The notes beneath the pieces were generated by a model, which saw only the letters and a list, made by a program, of their open reading frames with translations, was not told the DNA's origin and ran no database searches. Shown here piece by piece: positions 8,066 to 17,217 of a stretch of 61,013 nt of DNA; positions within the stretch are counted from its first letter, which is position 1; the number at the start of each line of letters is the position of its first letter. Made by a program: the position numbers and the translations under genes. This DNA is from a virus (Duplodnaviria; Caudoviricetes), in IMG/VR virus record IMGVR_UViG_3300027734_000072, positions 1 through 61,013 of that record, one strand, 5' to 3'.

Positions 8066-8784
8066 CTTTCTAACCCTTCCACCTGTATCGTGTGGTCAAA
8101 ACCACACTTACTACATTTGATGTTAATGGTCTCTTGTAACTTTGGTAAGTTCTGTATAAACTTTTCTACTTTGGAGAATTGTTCTTGGTTCATGCCTTCA
8201 ACAAAGGTCATCATCTCACCAGGTTCTGCCTCATGGCCATAATAGAATTGTTCTTCATTGATATCATAGATGTACTCAATACATTCAGCAATCATATTAA
8301 AGGTAACATCGTTAATGCTTTCATACTTCAATGAATCTTTAACAATACCAAACTCCGGATATTTCATTTTGATGGTAAGATTGGGAGTCAATTGAATTTC
8401 TGGTTCTGATGGATCATCTTGAACGACTTTGATCTTTGTTAGGTCAATATCTTTTTCCATGATGTTACCACACTCTTTATCGTCAACCTCATTGTTACAA
8501 CGGTATCGACTTTCGACAATCTCACCAACAGACTTGGCTCTCAAATTAATAAAATAAAACTCAATATCAATAATAGGTAACTTATCAATATCAAGGTTTT
8601 CTGTCAAAGTACAGTTATTAAGAATATCTCTTACATTTTGTTGTATGGTCGTAGAATCTGTTGATTCCATGGCCATTAACAGATTCTTCTGCTCTTTAAC
8701 CAGAAAAGGTCTGTATTTAATTCTTTTCTTTGAAACCGGCAATTCAAGTTCATATGTCGGCACATCAATCTTTGGTAAAGCCAT
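8053..8784 (-). CDS. gp26: Baseplate hub assembly protein gp26
   Basis: MALPK, YRPFLVKE-K-LL, LRAKSVGE, CxxC, terminal GLESFF. Confidence 0.9.
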   Translation of the reverse strand: MALPKIDVPTYELELPVSKKRIKYRPFLVKEQKNLLMAMESTDSTTIQQNVRDILNNCTLTENLDIDKLPIIDIEFYFINLRAKSVGEIVESRYRCNNEVDDKECGNIMEKDIDLTKIKVVQDDPSEPEIQLTPNLTIKMKYPEFGIVKDSLKYESINDVTFNMIAECIEYIYDINEEQFYYGHEAEPGEMMTFVEGMNQEQFSKVEKFIQNLPKLQETINIKCSKCGFDHTIQVEGLESFFG

Positions 8785-8806
8785 AATTATCTCCTATTAT
8801 AAAAAA

Positions 8807-9535
8807 TTAATAAATTCCTTCACCACTATCATTAACTTGTAAATTCAATTCTCGATTAAATTCAGTACGATCTTCAACACTTAAACCTGAACTATCCGTA
8901 CCTAAAGAACCTGAACCGATACCAGCATTAGGACCAAATAAATCAGCACCAGCAATCGCATCAGCCAAGCCATTAATACCGTAATCGAGCAATTGCATTC
9001 CAACATCCTGTAGAGAATTGTTTTGCCAGTTAGTATAAGCAAAGGTTATAACCAACTTATGGATGCCTTCATTACTCCAGTCCAATTCCATTTGATTCAT
9101 TGCAATTGGATAAGCATCATATAAATTAACAGAATAACTTAATTCATTTTGTACATCATATTGATTGATAGTAATAGCCGTTGTATAATCACTCTTATAT
9201 CTCATATTAAAATTATAAACAGGACTAATATAATTCATCCAACCATCAAACAATAATTTTTGACGCATATCATCGTCAACGAGAAATGTTAAATCAATAT
9301 CTTGATAGGTTGTCATGTATGGAAATTTTTCTACAGGTGCAGATCCAAACTTTTGTTCAGTTGTGGCAAATGTTTTACCTGGCAAATTAGCACTCTCACA
9401 ACGAAACTTTAATGTTCGTGTGGATTTAAAATAGGGTAGAAGAACCAAAGGAATAGGAACAAAAACATCGAACCTATTGGCTCGAGCAATGTCTTTGGTG
9501 AAACTTGATTTAAATTCGCTAATATTACCAGCCAT
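8807..9535 (-). CDS. Tail-tube-fold protein (gp54/gp19-like baseplate tail tube initiator)
   Basis: ARANRF-V, CESANLPGK, DAYP and L-ITFAY-W tube-fold motifs; likely start at ATG 9535 overlapping the gp2 stop. Confidence 0.72.
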   Translation of the reverse strand: MAGNISEFKSSFTKDIARANRFDVFVPIPLVLLPYFKSTRTLKFRCESANLPGKTFATTEQKFGSAPVEKFPYMTTYQDIDLTFLVDDDMRQKLLFDGWMNYISPVYNFNMRYKSDYTTAITINQYDVQNELSYSVNLYDAYPIAMNQMELDWSNEGIHKLVITFAYTNWQNNSLQDVGMQLLDYGINGLADAIAGADLFGPNAGIGSGSLGTDSSGLSVEDRTEFNRELNLQVNDSGEGIY

Positions 9536-10134
9536 TATTGTTTCCTTATTTCTTCTATGGATTCTTTCCATACTTTGTCGGTTCTGGCACCCTTAAATTG
9601 CTGTATAGGTAAGAAAGATGCCACTTCCCACTCATTTGGCTGAATGGTAAGTAATTTTGATCTCATATGGTTATAGAGATACTTTTTAAGACACGGCCTA
9701 AACTCACGGAAGCGCTTGGATGCAGTCAAAATGTCATAAGTAACTCTCAACCTTTGGACTTCATCTTCTTTGTTTAGGACTGCGTATTGCAATAGTTTGT
9801 TTAAAAATGCCACTCTGTAACGGTATGGTAAGTAATGTAGGTTTAAACCTAGAAAACCATCAGCATACTTGTCCAATACCAAAATCAATGGAAATCTATC
9901 ATAATATGGTAAATCATCTTTGGTCTTAGGATCATAGTAAAAACAGTACAATCTACCCAACTTAATATTGGTAGTATGTCTGGACTTATCAGAAAGCAAT
10001 TCCCTACCTATTTGTGAAGGATTACGAATATCTCTAATCTTATCTAAAATCCAAGTTACAGATTGTTTACTCAATATATCGGCATTGAGTTTTGAGTGTT
10101 CTTCAGCAAGTTTGGATAATTTAGAGGTAAGCAT
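9535..10134 (-). CDS. gp2: DNA end protector gp2
   Basis: YDPKTKDDLPYYDRFPL, GLNLHYLP and CLKKYL motifs. Confidence 0.9.
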   Translation of the reverse strand: MLTSKLSKLAEEHSKLNADILSKQSVTWILDKIRDIRNPSQIGRELLSDKSRHTTNIKLGRLYCFYYDPKTKDDLPYYDRFPLILVLDKYADGFLGLNLHYLPYRYRVAFLNKLLQYAVLNKEDEVQRLRVTYDILTASKRFREFRPCLKKYLYNHMRSKLLTIQPNEWEVASFLPIQQFKGARTDKVWKESIEEIRKQ

Positions 10135-10139
10135 TCAAT

Positions 10140-10147
10140 TATTTAGT
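10140..10147 (-). promoter_or_regulatory. Late promoter ACTAAATA, 5 nt before the gp2 ATG
   Basis: Reverse-strand match to the late motif. Confidence 0.5.
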
Positions 10148-10580
10148 TGAGGCCTAGGTGATCTTCTGTGAGTATTTTGAACTCCCAACCTCGGTCTAAA
10201 CAATATTCTTCAGCTGCCTTCCATTTGGACTGGTTGACACCCCATGTAACCACCTCATTGATGTATTGTTTGGTTTTTCTTTTTTGTGGTTCTGGTGGTC
10301 TTGTCTGTTTTTTAGGTTTGACCTCAAGCATCATCGTTTTGGTGGTACCTTCTCTGGTTTTAACTTTAACTAGAAAGTCCGGAAAGTACCTATGGTAACG
10401 ATTATCAACGGGTGAGATGTATGGAATGATTACTTCTTCTGAAGCCCAAGATATGATATTGTCGTTTAGGTCGAGCCAAGACATCACCTTACACTCCCAT
10501 GTGGAGCGGTAGATGATGTTATTTGAGTCCCCTATGTACTTTTTGGGGTTTCTTGGTCTGAATTGTCCTGTATAAGCCAT
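10143..10580 (-). CDS. gp4: Head completion nuclease gp4
   Basis: P-NPKKY-GD, YRSTWE, WASEE, RYFPDF, EVKP and NQSKWKAA motifs; start MAYTG at 10580. Confidence 0.92.
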   Translation of the reverse strand: MAYTGQFRPRNPKKYIGDSNNIIYRSTWECKVMSWLDLNDNIISWASEEVIIPYISPVDNRYHRYFPDFLVKVKTREGTTKTMMLEVKPKKQTRPPEPQKRKTKQYINEVVTWGVNQSKWKAAEEYCLDRGWEFKILTEDHLGLN

Positions 10581-10587
10581 ATAAATA
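10580..10587 (+). promoter_or_regulatory. Late promoter TATAAATA for the baseplate operon
   Basis: Exact T4 late consensus about 30 nt before gp48. Confidence 0.8.
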
Positions 10588-10616
10588 TGTATAATCAATC
10601 AAATTAAAGAAAAGTC

Positions 10617-11579
10617 ATGGCAATCATTTCTATTCCATCCAGTATCGGCGGTCTAGCTATTCCAGGTTTAACAAATATACCTGGTGGTCCACTAGGCGTA
10701 TTATTTGGAAACTCAAATCAATTGGCCATTCACCAATATCCTAGAGATTTAGGTTCTGCAACTAAAGGTCACTCCATTAAATTTGAAATTAATGAAATAG
10801 AACCGGTTAATTACGATGTTCAAGGTGGTATTACTGACCTTGGTAATCTCTTTAAAGGTGGCAGCGGAGCAGTTTTAGACACATTAGGAACATTTGCGTC
10901 AAATTTTTCAAATTTTCTTGGTGACACAGCTGAAAATGGTGTATCTGAATCTTTTAATGTATTATTGAATAAAAGAAAAAAGAGAATTGCAGCTACAGTC
11001 GCTTTATATATGCCAGAAACGGTTGCTTTTCAATATAATTCATCATATGGAAAAACTAGTTTAGTTAATGCATTAATAAAAGGAACTAGTTTAGTGCCTA
11101 AAGTTGGTAGTTCAGTTGCTTCATTAGCTTCAAATGTTTTAAATTCAGACCTAACAAAATTAACTTTGGCAACACAAGGACTGGCATTAAATCCACAAGA
11201 TCAAGTATTGTTTGATGGTATAGATTTCAGAACATTTCAATTAGCTTTTACTTTTACGCCATATTCAAGAGAAGAAGCTCTTGAAGTTCGAAATATTATT
11301 AAACTATTCAGGCAATATGCAGCACCAAGACTTCAAAAAGGTAGTGGTGGAATGTTTTTTATTCCTCCAGGAACATTTGATTTAAAATTTTTGTTTAATG
11401 GAAAAGTAAACAGAAATATTACTCAAGTAGGAGAATGTGTTATAGAAAGTATTGATGTCAATTATGCTCCTAATGGATGGTCAACACATTCTGATGGCGC
11501 TCCAGTACAAACAACATTAACAATGTCATTTAAAGAAATACAATTGGTTGACAGAACAAAAATTGAAAAAGGTTATTAA
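10617..11579 (+). CDS. gp48: Baseplate tail tube cap gp48
   Basis: YP-DL, LYMPE, NP-LF-GIDFRTF-F-F-P, and GAPVQ-L-FKE motifs. Confidence 0.82.
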   Translation: MAIISIPSSIGGLAIPGLTNIPGGPLGVLFGNSNQLAIHQYPRDLGSATKGHSIKFEINEIEPVNYDVQGGITDLGNLFKGGSGAVLDTLGTFASNFSNFLGDTAENGVSESFNVLLNKRKKRIAATVALYMPETVAFQYNSSYGKTSLVNALIKGTSLVPKVGSSVASLASNVLNSDLTKLTLATQGLALNPQDQVLFDGIDFRTFQLAFTFTPYSREEALEVRNIIKLFRQYAAPRLQKGSGGMFFIPPGTFDLKFLFNGKVNRNITQVGECVIESIDVNYAPNGWSTHSDGAPVQTTLTMSFKEIQLVDRTKIEKGY

Positions 11580-11582
11580 TAA

Positions 11583-12176
11583 ATGCAATACTTCAATACA
11601 CTACCAAAAGTTATTTACACAACAAATGGCGTTTCAAACATCTACACTAATTTGATGAGTAGGGTGAGTGTTGTCCCTAGTTTTCTTAAAAACCCTGCCA
11701 TATATTACCAATATGATATACATGAAACTGATACACCGGAAATTATTGCTGCTAAGTATTATGGTGATTCTTATAGATATTGGATTATATTGTTTATTAA
11801 TCAGTTGTCTGATCCACAATGGGATTGGCCATTGCATCCTAAAGCATTTGAAGATTATGTAACACAAAAATATTCTGATGTGAACCCACGGGCTATTGTA
11901 CATCACTATGAGAAAACCATAACACAGTCCAATAGAACATATTTGGTTGATACCGTCAATACATTTACTTTAGGTTCAATTGAATATTCACAAACTGACA
12001 CACAATCTTATACAAAATATGTTGGTAATGAAGAAATTCTTTTTAAAATAACAAAAGAAGTTGTATCTCTATATGAATATGAACAACGATTAAATGAATC
12101 AAAAAGAACAATCAATATTTTAAATAGCACTTATGTTGATGAATTTGAGAAACAATTTAAAAAACTAATGGCTTAA
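11583..12176 (+). CDS. gp53: Baseplate wedge protein gp53
   Basis: YF-LP, DTPEIIA-KYYGD, WIIL-N-DP-WDWP, YEYE-NESKR-I. Confidence 0.9.
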   Translation: MQYFNTLPKVIYTTNGVSNIYTNLMSRVSVVPSFLKNPAIYYQYDIHETDTPEIIAAKYYGDSYRYWIILFINQLSDPQWDWPLHPKAFEDYVTQKYSDVNPRAIVHHYEKTITQSNRTYLVDTVNTFTLGSIEYSQTDTQSYTKYVGNEEILFKITKEVVSLYEYEQRLNESKRTINILNSTYVDEFEKQFKKLMA

Positions 12177-12182
12177 TATTTT

Positions 12183-13607
12183 ATGTTAGAAAATCTTTTT
12201 GCACCTGGCCAAGAATCTTCTGGTGTTTATTATCCTCAAGATTATTCATTAAACACTTTAAATTTTGTAACTGCGGCCAGCAAAAAATTTGAAATTAAAC
12301 GGTTGGTTCAAGAATTTTCATATCATGAAGATATATACACTTTTGTTGTTTCTGGTTATGTAACATTAACTGACGCACAAGGTTTTGTAGAATTGTTTCA
12401 ATTAACTGGTAATGAATATTTGGAAGTAAATTTTGGTAAAACAAAAGATGGTCCAAATAACATTAATAGAACATTTAGAGTATATAAATTGGCTCCTAGA
12501 GTTCCAACTGGTAACATGAATACCGAACAATATACGTTATATTTTTGTTCCGAAGAATTGCTTTTGTCTGAACAAATTAAGGTGTCTTATTCTTACAAAG
12601 GCACAAAAATATCCGATAATGTTCGTGATATATTAACAGAAAAATTAAAAGTGCCATACGATAAAATTGAAACAATTGAAGAAACAACTGGTATTACCAA
12701 TTTGGTGATGCCTAGAGTAAAGCCTTTTGAAGCAATCAGTTGGTTGTCAAATTATGCAAGACCACAATCAACGGGTACTGTTGGTGCCGATATGTTATTC
12801 TTCGAAACTAAAAATGGTTTTAATTTTAGATCATTACAATCAATGTATAAAAGTAATGTGTATGCAACTTATAGATATGATGCAAAAAATATTGATGATA
12901 AAATTCAAAGTCTACAAGATAAAACAACATCAATTTTAAAGTATGAAATTGTTAAAACATATGATATAGTAAACGAGATCAACTCAGGAACTTTATCCAA
13001 TAAATTAATATCATTGGATCCTATAACAAGAACTTTTCAAGTTACTAATTTTAATTATAGTAAGTACAAAGATCAATCTAGTTCTTTGAATCCAGGAGAT
13101 GTTACCAATAAATTAAAAAATAGATTTGGTAAAACGGAAACTGAAAGTTATGAAGGTACTTTAAAGATGGTTGTTGGTAATGCAAACCAACAGAATAACG
13201 AATATATTAAAAATACAGATGTTGATGTTAAAGATGTTTTTATGGAGAATAATGTTCCAAATAGAACGGCACAATTAGCTTTAGCTAACTATACTGTTAT
13301 CAAGGCTTCTATTCCTGGTGATCCTGGTATTACAGCGGGTAGAACAGTACAGTTTGACATTTATTCTTTAAAGCCATCCTCTAATATAAGAGAGCTGGAC
13401 AAATTTTATTCTGGTAAATATTTGGTAACGGCAGTTAGGCATGTTATTGTGGCACCAAGTACTTATCAAACAATTTTGGAATTGGCCAAAGATAGTTCAA
13501 CAACAAGTTATGTTAAGCGTGATAGTGATAGTGCCGAAGCAAAAGAGTTTTCTGGTTTTACTGATGCATTGAATAGTGTTAATAAATTTATAGGTATGTT
13601 TAGATGA
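12183..13607 (+). CDS. Putative baseplate hub protein (gp27-like)
   Basis: Sits between gp53 and gp5; PF-AI-WL, FFET-GFNF and SGKYLVTAVRH motifs of hub proteins. Confidence 0.6.
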   Translation: MLENLFAPGQESSGVYYPQDYSLNTLNFVTAASKKFEIKRLVQEFSYHEDIYTFVVSGYVTLTDAQGFVELFQLTGNEYLEVNFGKTKDGPNNINRTFRVYKLAPRVPTGNMNTEQYTLYFCSEELLLSEQIKVSYSYKGTKISDNVRDILTEKLKVPYDKIETIEETTGITNLVMPRVKPFEAISWLSNYARPQSTGTVGADMLFFETKNGFNFRSLQSMYKSNVYATYRYDAKNIDDKIQSLQDKTTSILKYEIVKTYDIVNEINSGTLSNKLISLDPITRTFQVTNFNYSKYKDQSSSLNPGDVTNKLKNRFGKTETESYEGTLKMVVGNANQQNNEYIKNTDVDVKDVFMENNVPNRTAQLALANYTVIKASIPGDPGITAGRTVQFDIYSLKPSSNIRELDKFYSGKYLVTAVRHVIVAPSTYQTILELAKDSSTTSYVKRDSDSAEAKEFSGFTDALNSVNKFIGMFR

Positions 13608-13954
13608 AAAACTTTTTAGGTAAAGATGGATTCAACTGGTGGGTCGGTGAAGTGGAAACTAGAATTGATCCACTAGGACTAGGTCGTTGTCAAATTCGTA
13701 TTTTTGGTTGGCACTCAGAAAATAAAGAATCAATTCCTACAGAAGATTTGCCTTGGGCTCTTCCAATGTATCCAATAAATAATTCAAAGTCTTTTCAAGT
13801 TCCTAGAATAGGAGATTGGATTGTTGGTTTCTTTATGGATGGTGAATCGGGTCAATTTCCAATTATGATGGGTGTTTTACCTGGAATTAAAAAAGTGCCA
13901 GCAGATTCATCGTTGGCAACAAACAGATATGATGAGGAGGGTAATATAAAATGA
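13604..13954 (+). CDS. gp5: gp5 N-terminal OB-fold domain as a stand-alone ORF
   Basis: WWVGEVE-DPL-LGRC-RIFGWH, LPWA, GFFMDGE-Q-P-MG. Confidence 0.85.
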   Translation: MKNFLGKDGFNWWVGEVETRIDPLGLGRCQIRIFGWHSENKESIPTEDLPWALPMYPINNSKSFQVPRIGDWIVGFFMDGESGQFPIMMGVLPGIKKVPADSSLATNRYDEEGNIK

Positions 13955-14175
13955 GTCAAAATTTATTAGATTTGCACATGATGGCTGCAGAATCTCAAAT
14001 TCACCATGCACATCTTGCTGGCGGATTAATTACAGATAAAGAATATAAAGAAAAAATTGAATTGTTAAAATCACATTGTGATATTATAACAGAACCACAT
14101 CATTGTGATAGAGATTGTCATTATCGTGAAATATTGGATGGTGCAATTCGATTAGCTGATACTATTAAGGATTAA
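13951..14175 (+). CDS. Small His/Cys-rich hypothetical protein
   Basis: GAGGAGG SD upstream; HHAH and HCD...HHCDRDCH. Confidence 0.6.
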   Translation: MSQNLLDLHMMAAESQIHHAHLAGGLITDKEYKEKIELLKSHCDIITEPHHCDRDCHYREILDGAIRLADTIKD

Positions 14176-14177
14176 AA

Positions 14178-15089
14178 ATGGCTTTAGATACAACTCCAGC
14201 AGACCCACCAGTTTTAGGTACAGAAGGTACTGTAACTCCAGTAAACTCTGGTGATACAACACAAGTTAATGCTCCAACCACACCATCAACGGCCAGAGGC
14301 ATTGTTAAAAATACCACTTTAAACCAAATGAACAACAGTTTGGCTCACATGTGTGATTTCTCACAAGACATTAAGAAAAGTGTAACTCTTAAAAAATACA
14401 TTAAAGCAATTGCACAAGCAGTTCGAAAAGGTATTCGTGCCGTTAAAAGACTTTTGGGTCTAGGCGATGGTGGTGGAGTAATATCAACAATTATTCAAAA
14501 ATTAAAAGCTATTGCTTCAGAAATAAGAATGTTTATTAAAGAGTATATTACACCTATTCAAAAATTTATGAAAGATGTTGTTGGTTATATCAAATGGGCA
14601 ACAGCAACAGTTCAATGGATTTTAAGTTTACCTGCTAAATTTGTTACATTGTTGGCTGGTTGTTTAAAAAAAGTTATAGCAGCAATAGCTTCAGTTTTTA
14701 AAGATGCTTTAGCTGAAGCAGCCGCAGAAGATGCAGCCGAAAATCCAACCTTAGATGAACCGGGTATGAAAGAATTGATTGCTCAAGCAAAAGACACATT
14801 AAAAGCTGGTGGTGAATTAGTTTCTTCGGTAGTAAAAACTGTTGGTACCGTTGCAGCTACCGCAACATTAGCAACAACTGCATTAAGTTCGGCTGCTGCA
14901 AGTGTTCCTGGTGCTTCCACTTTAACAACTTCTCAAAAAACTATTACAGCAACACCAACAAGTTTAACGGATCTCAATAGTGCAAGTCAATCCGTATCGT
15001 TGGTGCAAGCATCAAATCCAACAACCGCTCAAGTAGCAGCTGGTTTTACATCCGCAACAACTAAACCTAATCCTAAACAAACAGTATAA
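14178..15089 (+). CDS. Hypothetical baseplate-associated protein (helical, Ala/Thr-rich)
   Basis: AAGGA SD; lies between the two gp5 halves. Confidence 0.6.
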   Translation: MALDTTPADPPVLGTEGTVTPVNSGDTTQVNAPTTPSTARGIVKNTTLNQMNNSLAHMCDFSQDIKKSVTLKKYIKAIAQAVRKGIRAVKRLLGLGDGGGVISTIIQKLKAIASEIRMFIKEYITPIQKFMKDVVGYIKWATATVQWILSLPAKFVTLLAGCLKKVIAAIASVFKDALAEAAAEDAAENPTLDEPGMKELIAQAKDTLKAGGELVSSVVKTVGTVAATATLATTALSSAAASVPGASTLTTSQKTITATPTSLTDLNSASQSVSLVQASNPTTAQVAAGFTSATTKPNPKQTV

Positions 15090-15091
15090 TT

Positions 15092-15970
15092 ATGGCCTTA
15101 TCTGAACCATTCAAACTACCTGATCCTCCCACAAAAGGAACATTTACTGAGCCTCCTTCAAGTGCGACAGAAGAAAATCCACCGGAATATCCGTATAATA
15201 ATGTACAACAAACGGAATCTGGCCATTCAATTGAAATGGATGATACTCCTAATCAAGAGAGAATTCGTATTCAACATGGTAAAAAACCAAGTTTTATTGA
15301 AATGCAGGCAACTGGTGATGTTGTACACAAGATAGTTGGTGATGGATATGAAATTATTGCCGGTAACAAAAATGTAATCATTTCTGGTTTTTGTAATATT
15401 ACTATTAATGGTGATTGTAATATGCATGTTCTTGGCAGTAAAAATGAAAAGATTGATGGCGATTACAATTGTATTGTAGTTGGAGAATATAATCTTCGTA
15501 GCGGTAAAGAAGTATCAATTTCAAGTGATGATGATATCTCAATTGCAGCCAATGAAAATTTTGGCGGTTCAATACGGTTATCTGCGGCAGATAATGTTTA
15601 TGTAAATGCAGATTTGGATGTGGGTGGTTCAATCACTTGTGATACACTTACTGCGGAATCCCGTGTTAATGCGGGTATGGGAGTAGCTGCTGGACCGTAC
15701 GGATTCACTTCAGCGTTGGGTGGTTTATCTTTGGGTATACCTTCACCAGCAACACCTTTGGCAACTCCTGGTTGTATCCATACAGTAGGAACAATTAACT
15801 CTCTTGTATCAGTTAATGCACCGGTTGCTAATTTTCCTGTTATGGCTTCAATAGGATATATGAGCGCTCTTTGGATGACCGATACAGTAAATACAAAAAT
15901 GTATAACATTCATACACATATTGGTAACAGAGGATTCCCAACAAGTGGTCCTTTAACACCAATGATTTAA
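15092..15970 (+). CDS. gp5: gp5 C-terminal beta-helix/central spike protein
   Basis: YPYNNV-TESGH-EMDDTP-ERI, VxGxxxxx-type repeats, C-terminal HTH (HxH). Confidence 0.82.
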   Translation: MALSEPFKLPDPPTKGTFTEPPSSATEENPPEYPYNNVQQTESGHSIEMDDTPNQERIRIQHGKKPSFIEMQATGDVVHKIVGDGYEIIAGNKNVIISGFCNITINGDCNMHVLGSKNEKIDGDYNCIVVGEYNLRSGKEVSISSDDDISIAANENFGGSIRLSAADNVYVNADLDVGGSITCDTLTAESRVNAGMGVAAGPYGFTSALGGLSLGIPSPATPLATPGCIHTVGTINSLVSVNAPVANFPVMASIGYMSALWMTDTVNTKMYNIHTHIGNRGFPTSGPLTPMI

Positions 15971-15980
15971 GGAATATATT

Positions 15981-16805
15981 ATGGCACAAGTTAGCGATGC
16001 AACTGGATTATATGCAACATTAGGATACAATTTTGACGATCCGAATGGAGCCGTAGCTACATTGTCGGCTGAAACACAACAAACAATGTCAAATTTACCA
16101 CCAGTAATAACTGCTTGGCAAGCACAAGACATAAAAAATAGTGATGTCGGTGGATACTTTCAAAATCCTGTTGCAACATCGGTAAATAGTATCATTACAT
16201 TGTCTAGTCAAATTAGAGTTTTGGCGAATTCAACAACTGCCAATGATACCACATATACGGGTTCTGTTGACTTTGGTCCTATGATTACTGCGGCTGATAC
16301 TTTAAATAGTACAGCACAATCATTTCTGGTACACACCAATAAAGTTTCAGGAGTAACATCTATAAACGGTCAAACTGACATTGAAACCAATCCTTATTAT
16401 CAAACCGCTGTAAATTATGGCAAACAAGCGGTTCATTTAACAAACCAAACAGATGGAGTAGTAAATAATTCTCCTATTATGGGTTGTATGACCAGTATTC
16501 TGGTTGGTCCTCAAATTAGTGCCAATGCCAGTACACTTTCAGCAGATTATGTTATATTGACCAATGGTATCAATGCAAGTAACATTACAATTGGTCAAGC
16601 CAGTCTAATTACGGCACATTTAACTAGTACCAATTCATTTTTATCTGGTCGGAAATCAAATGATGTAACTTTTTTCGGTAGAGTAAAGAGTTTGGTTGAT
16701 AATTATAATACCACCAAGCCCCTGACCTCAATGGGTGAGACCGAATCGTATTTGTGTAATAATTTGATTGGAACCACAAAACTAATATCAAGAATCAATT
16801 CCTAA
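15981..16805 (+). CDS. Hypothetical virion protein
   Basis: AAGGA SD; structural-gene composition; between gp5 and gp25. Confidence 0.6.
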   Translation: MAQVSDATGLYATLGYNFDDPNGAVATLSAETQQTMSNLPPVITAWQAQDIKNSDVGGYFQNPVATSVNSIITLSSQIRVLANSTTANDTTYTGSVDFGPMITAADTLNSTAQSFLVHTNKVSGVTSINGQTDIETNPYYQTAVNYGKQAVHLTNQTDGVVNNSPIMGCMTSILVGPQISANASTLSADYVILTNGINASNITIGQASLITAHLTSTNSFLSGRKSNDVTFFGRVKSLVDNYNTTKPLTSMGETESYLCNNLIGTTKLISRINS

Positions 16806-16811
16806 AACCAT

Positions 16812-16819
16812 CATAAATA
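16812..16819 (+). promoter_or_regulatory. Late promoter CATAAATA
   Basis: 4 nt before the gp25 ATG. Confidence 0.6.
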
Positions 16820-16823
16820 ACAC

Positions 16824-17216
16824 ATGGCAACCTTAACAAAAATCTACTCGGACATCGATTTTACTTTTACCAAGAAGCCGGTAACAGGTGATATCGCTTT
16901 GGGTTATGATTCTCAAGCGGTAATCCGTTCAATCCGCAACCTATTACTGACAAAACGATATGAGAGACCGTTTAATCCAAATTTAGGTTCAAATATAGAC
17001 GCATTGTTATTTGAAATGGTATCACCGGTCACGGCATCCTCATTGGAGTCGGAAATAAGAAATGTTATAGACAACTACGAACCAAGAGCACAGGTGAGTG
17101 ATTTGATTGTAAAATCTAATCCAGACGGAAATGCATATAATGTTACAATAACTTTTTATATTGAAAATGCCACTCAACCAACAACTGTAACCCTTCTTTT
17201 AGAGAGAAATAGATAA
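16824..17216 (+). CDS. gp25: Baseplate wedge subunit gp25
   Basis: YSDID, SIRNLLLT-ERPFNP-GS, YEPR. Confidence 0.92.
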   Translation: MATLTKIYSDIDFTFTKKPVTGDIALGYDSQAVIRSIRNLLLTKRYERPFNPNLGSNIDALLFEMVSPVTASSLESEIRNVIDNYEPRAQVSDLIVKSNPDGNAYNVTITFYIENATQPTTVTLLLERNR

Positions 17217-17217
17217 A

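Noticed and set aside
13954-15092. Intron or homing endonuclease interrupting gp5
   Set aside because: No HNH, GIY-YIG or LAGLIDADG motifs and no non-coding space; intervening ORFs have their own SDs
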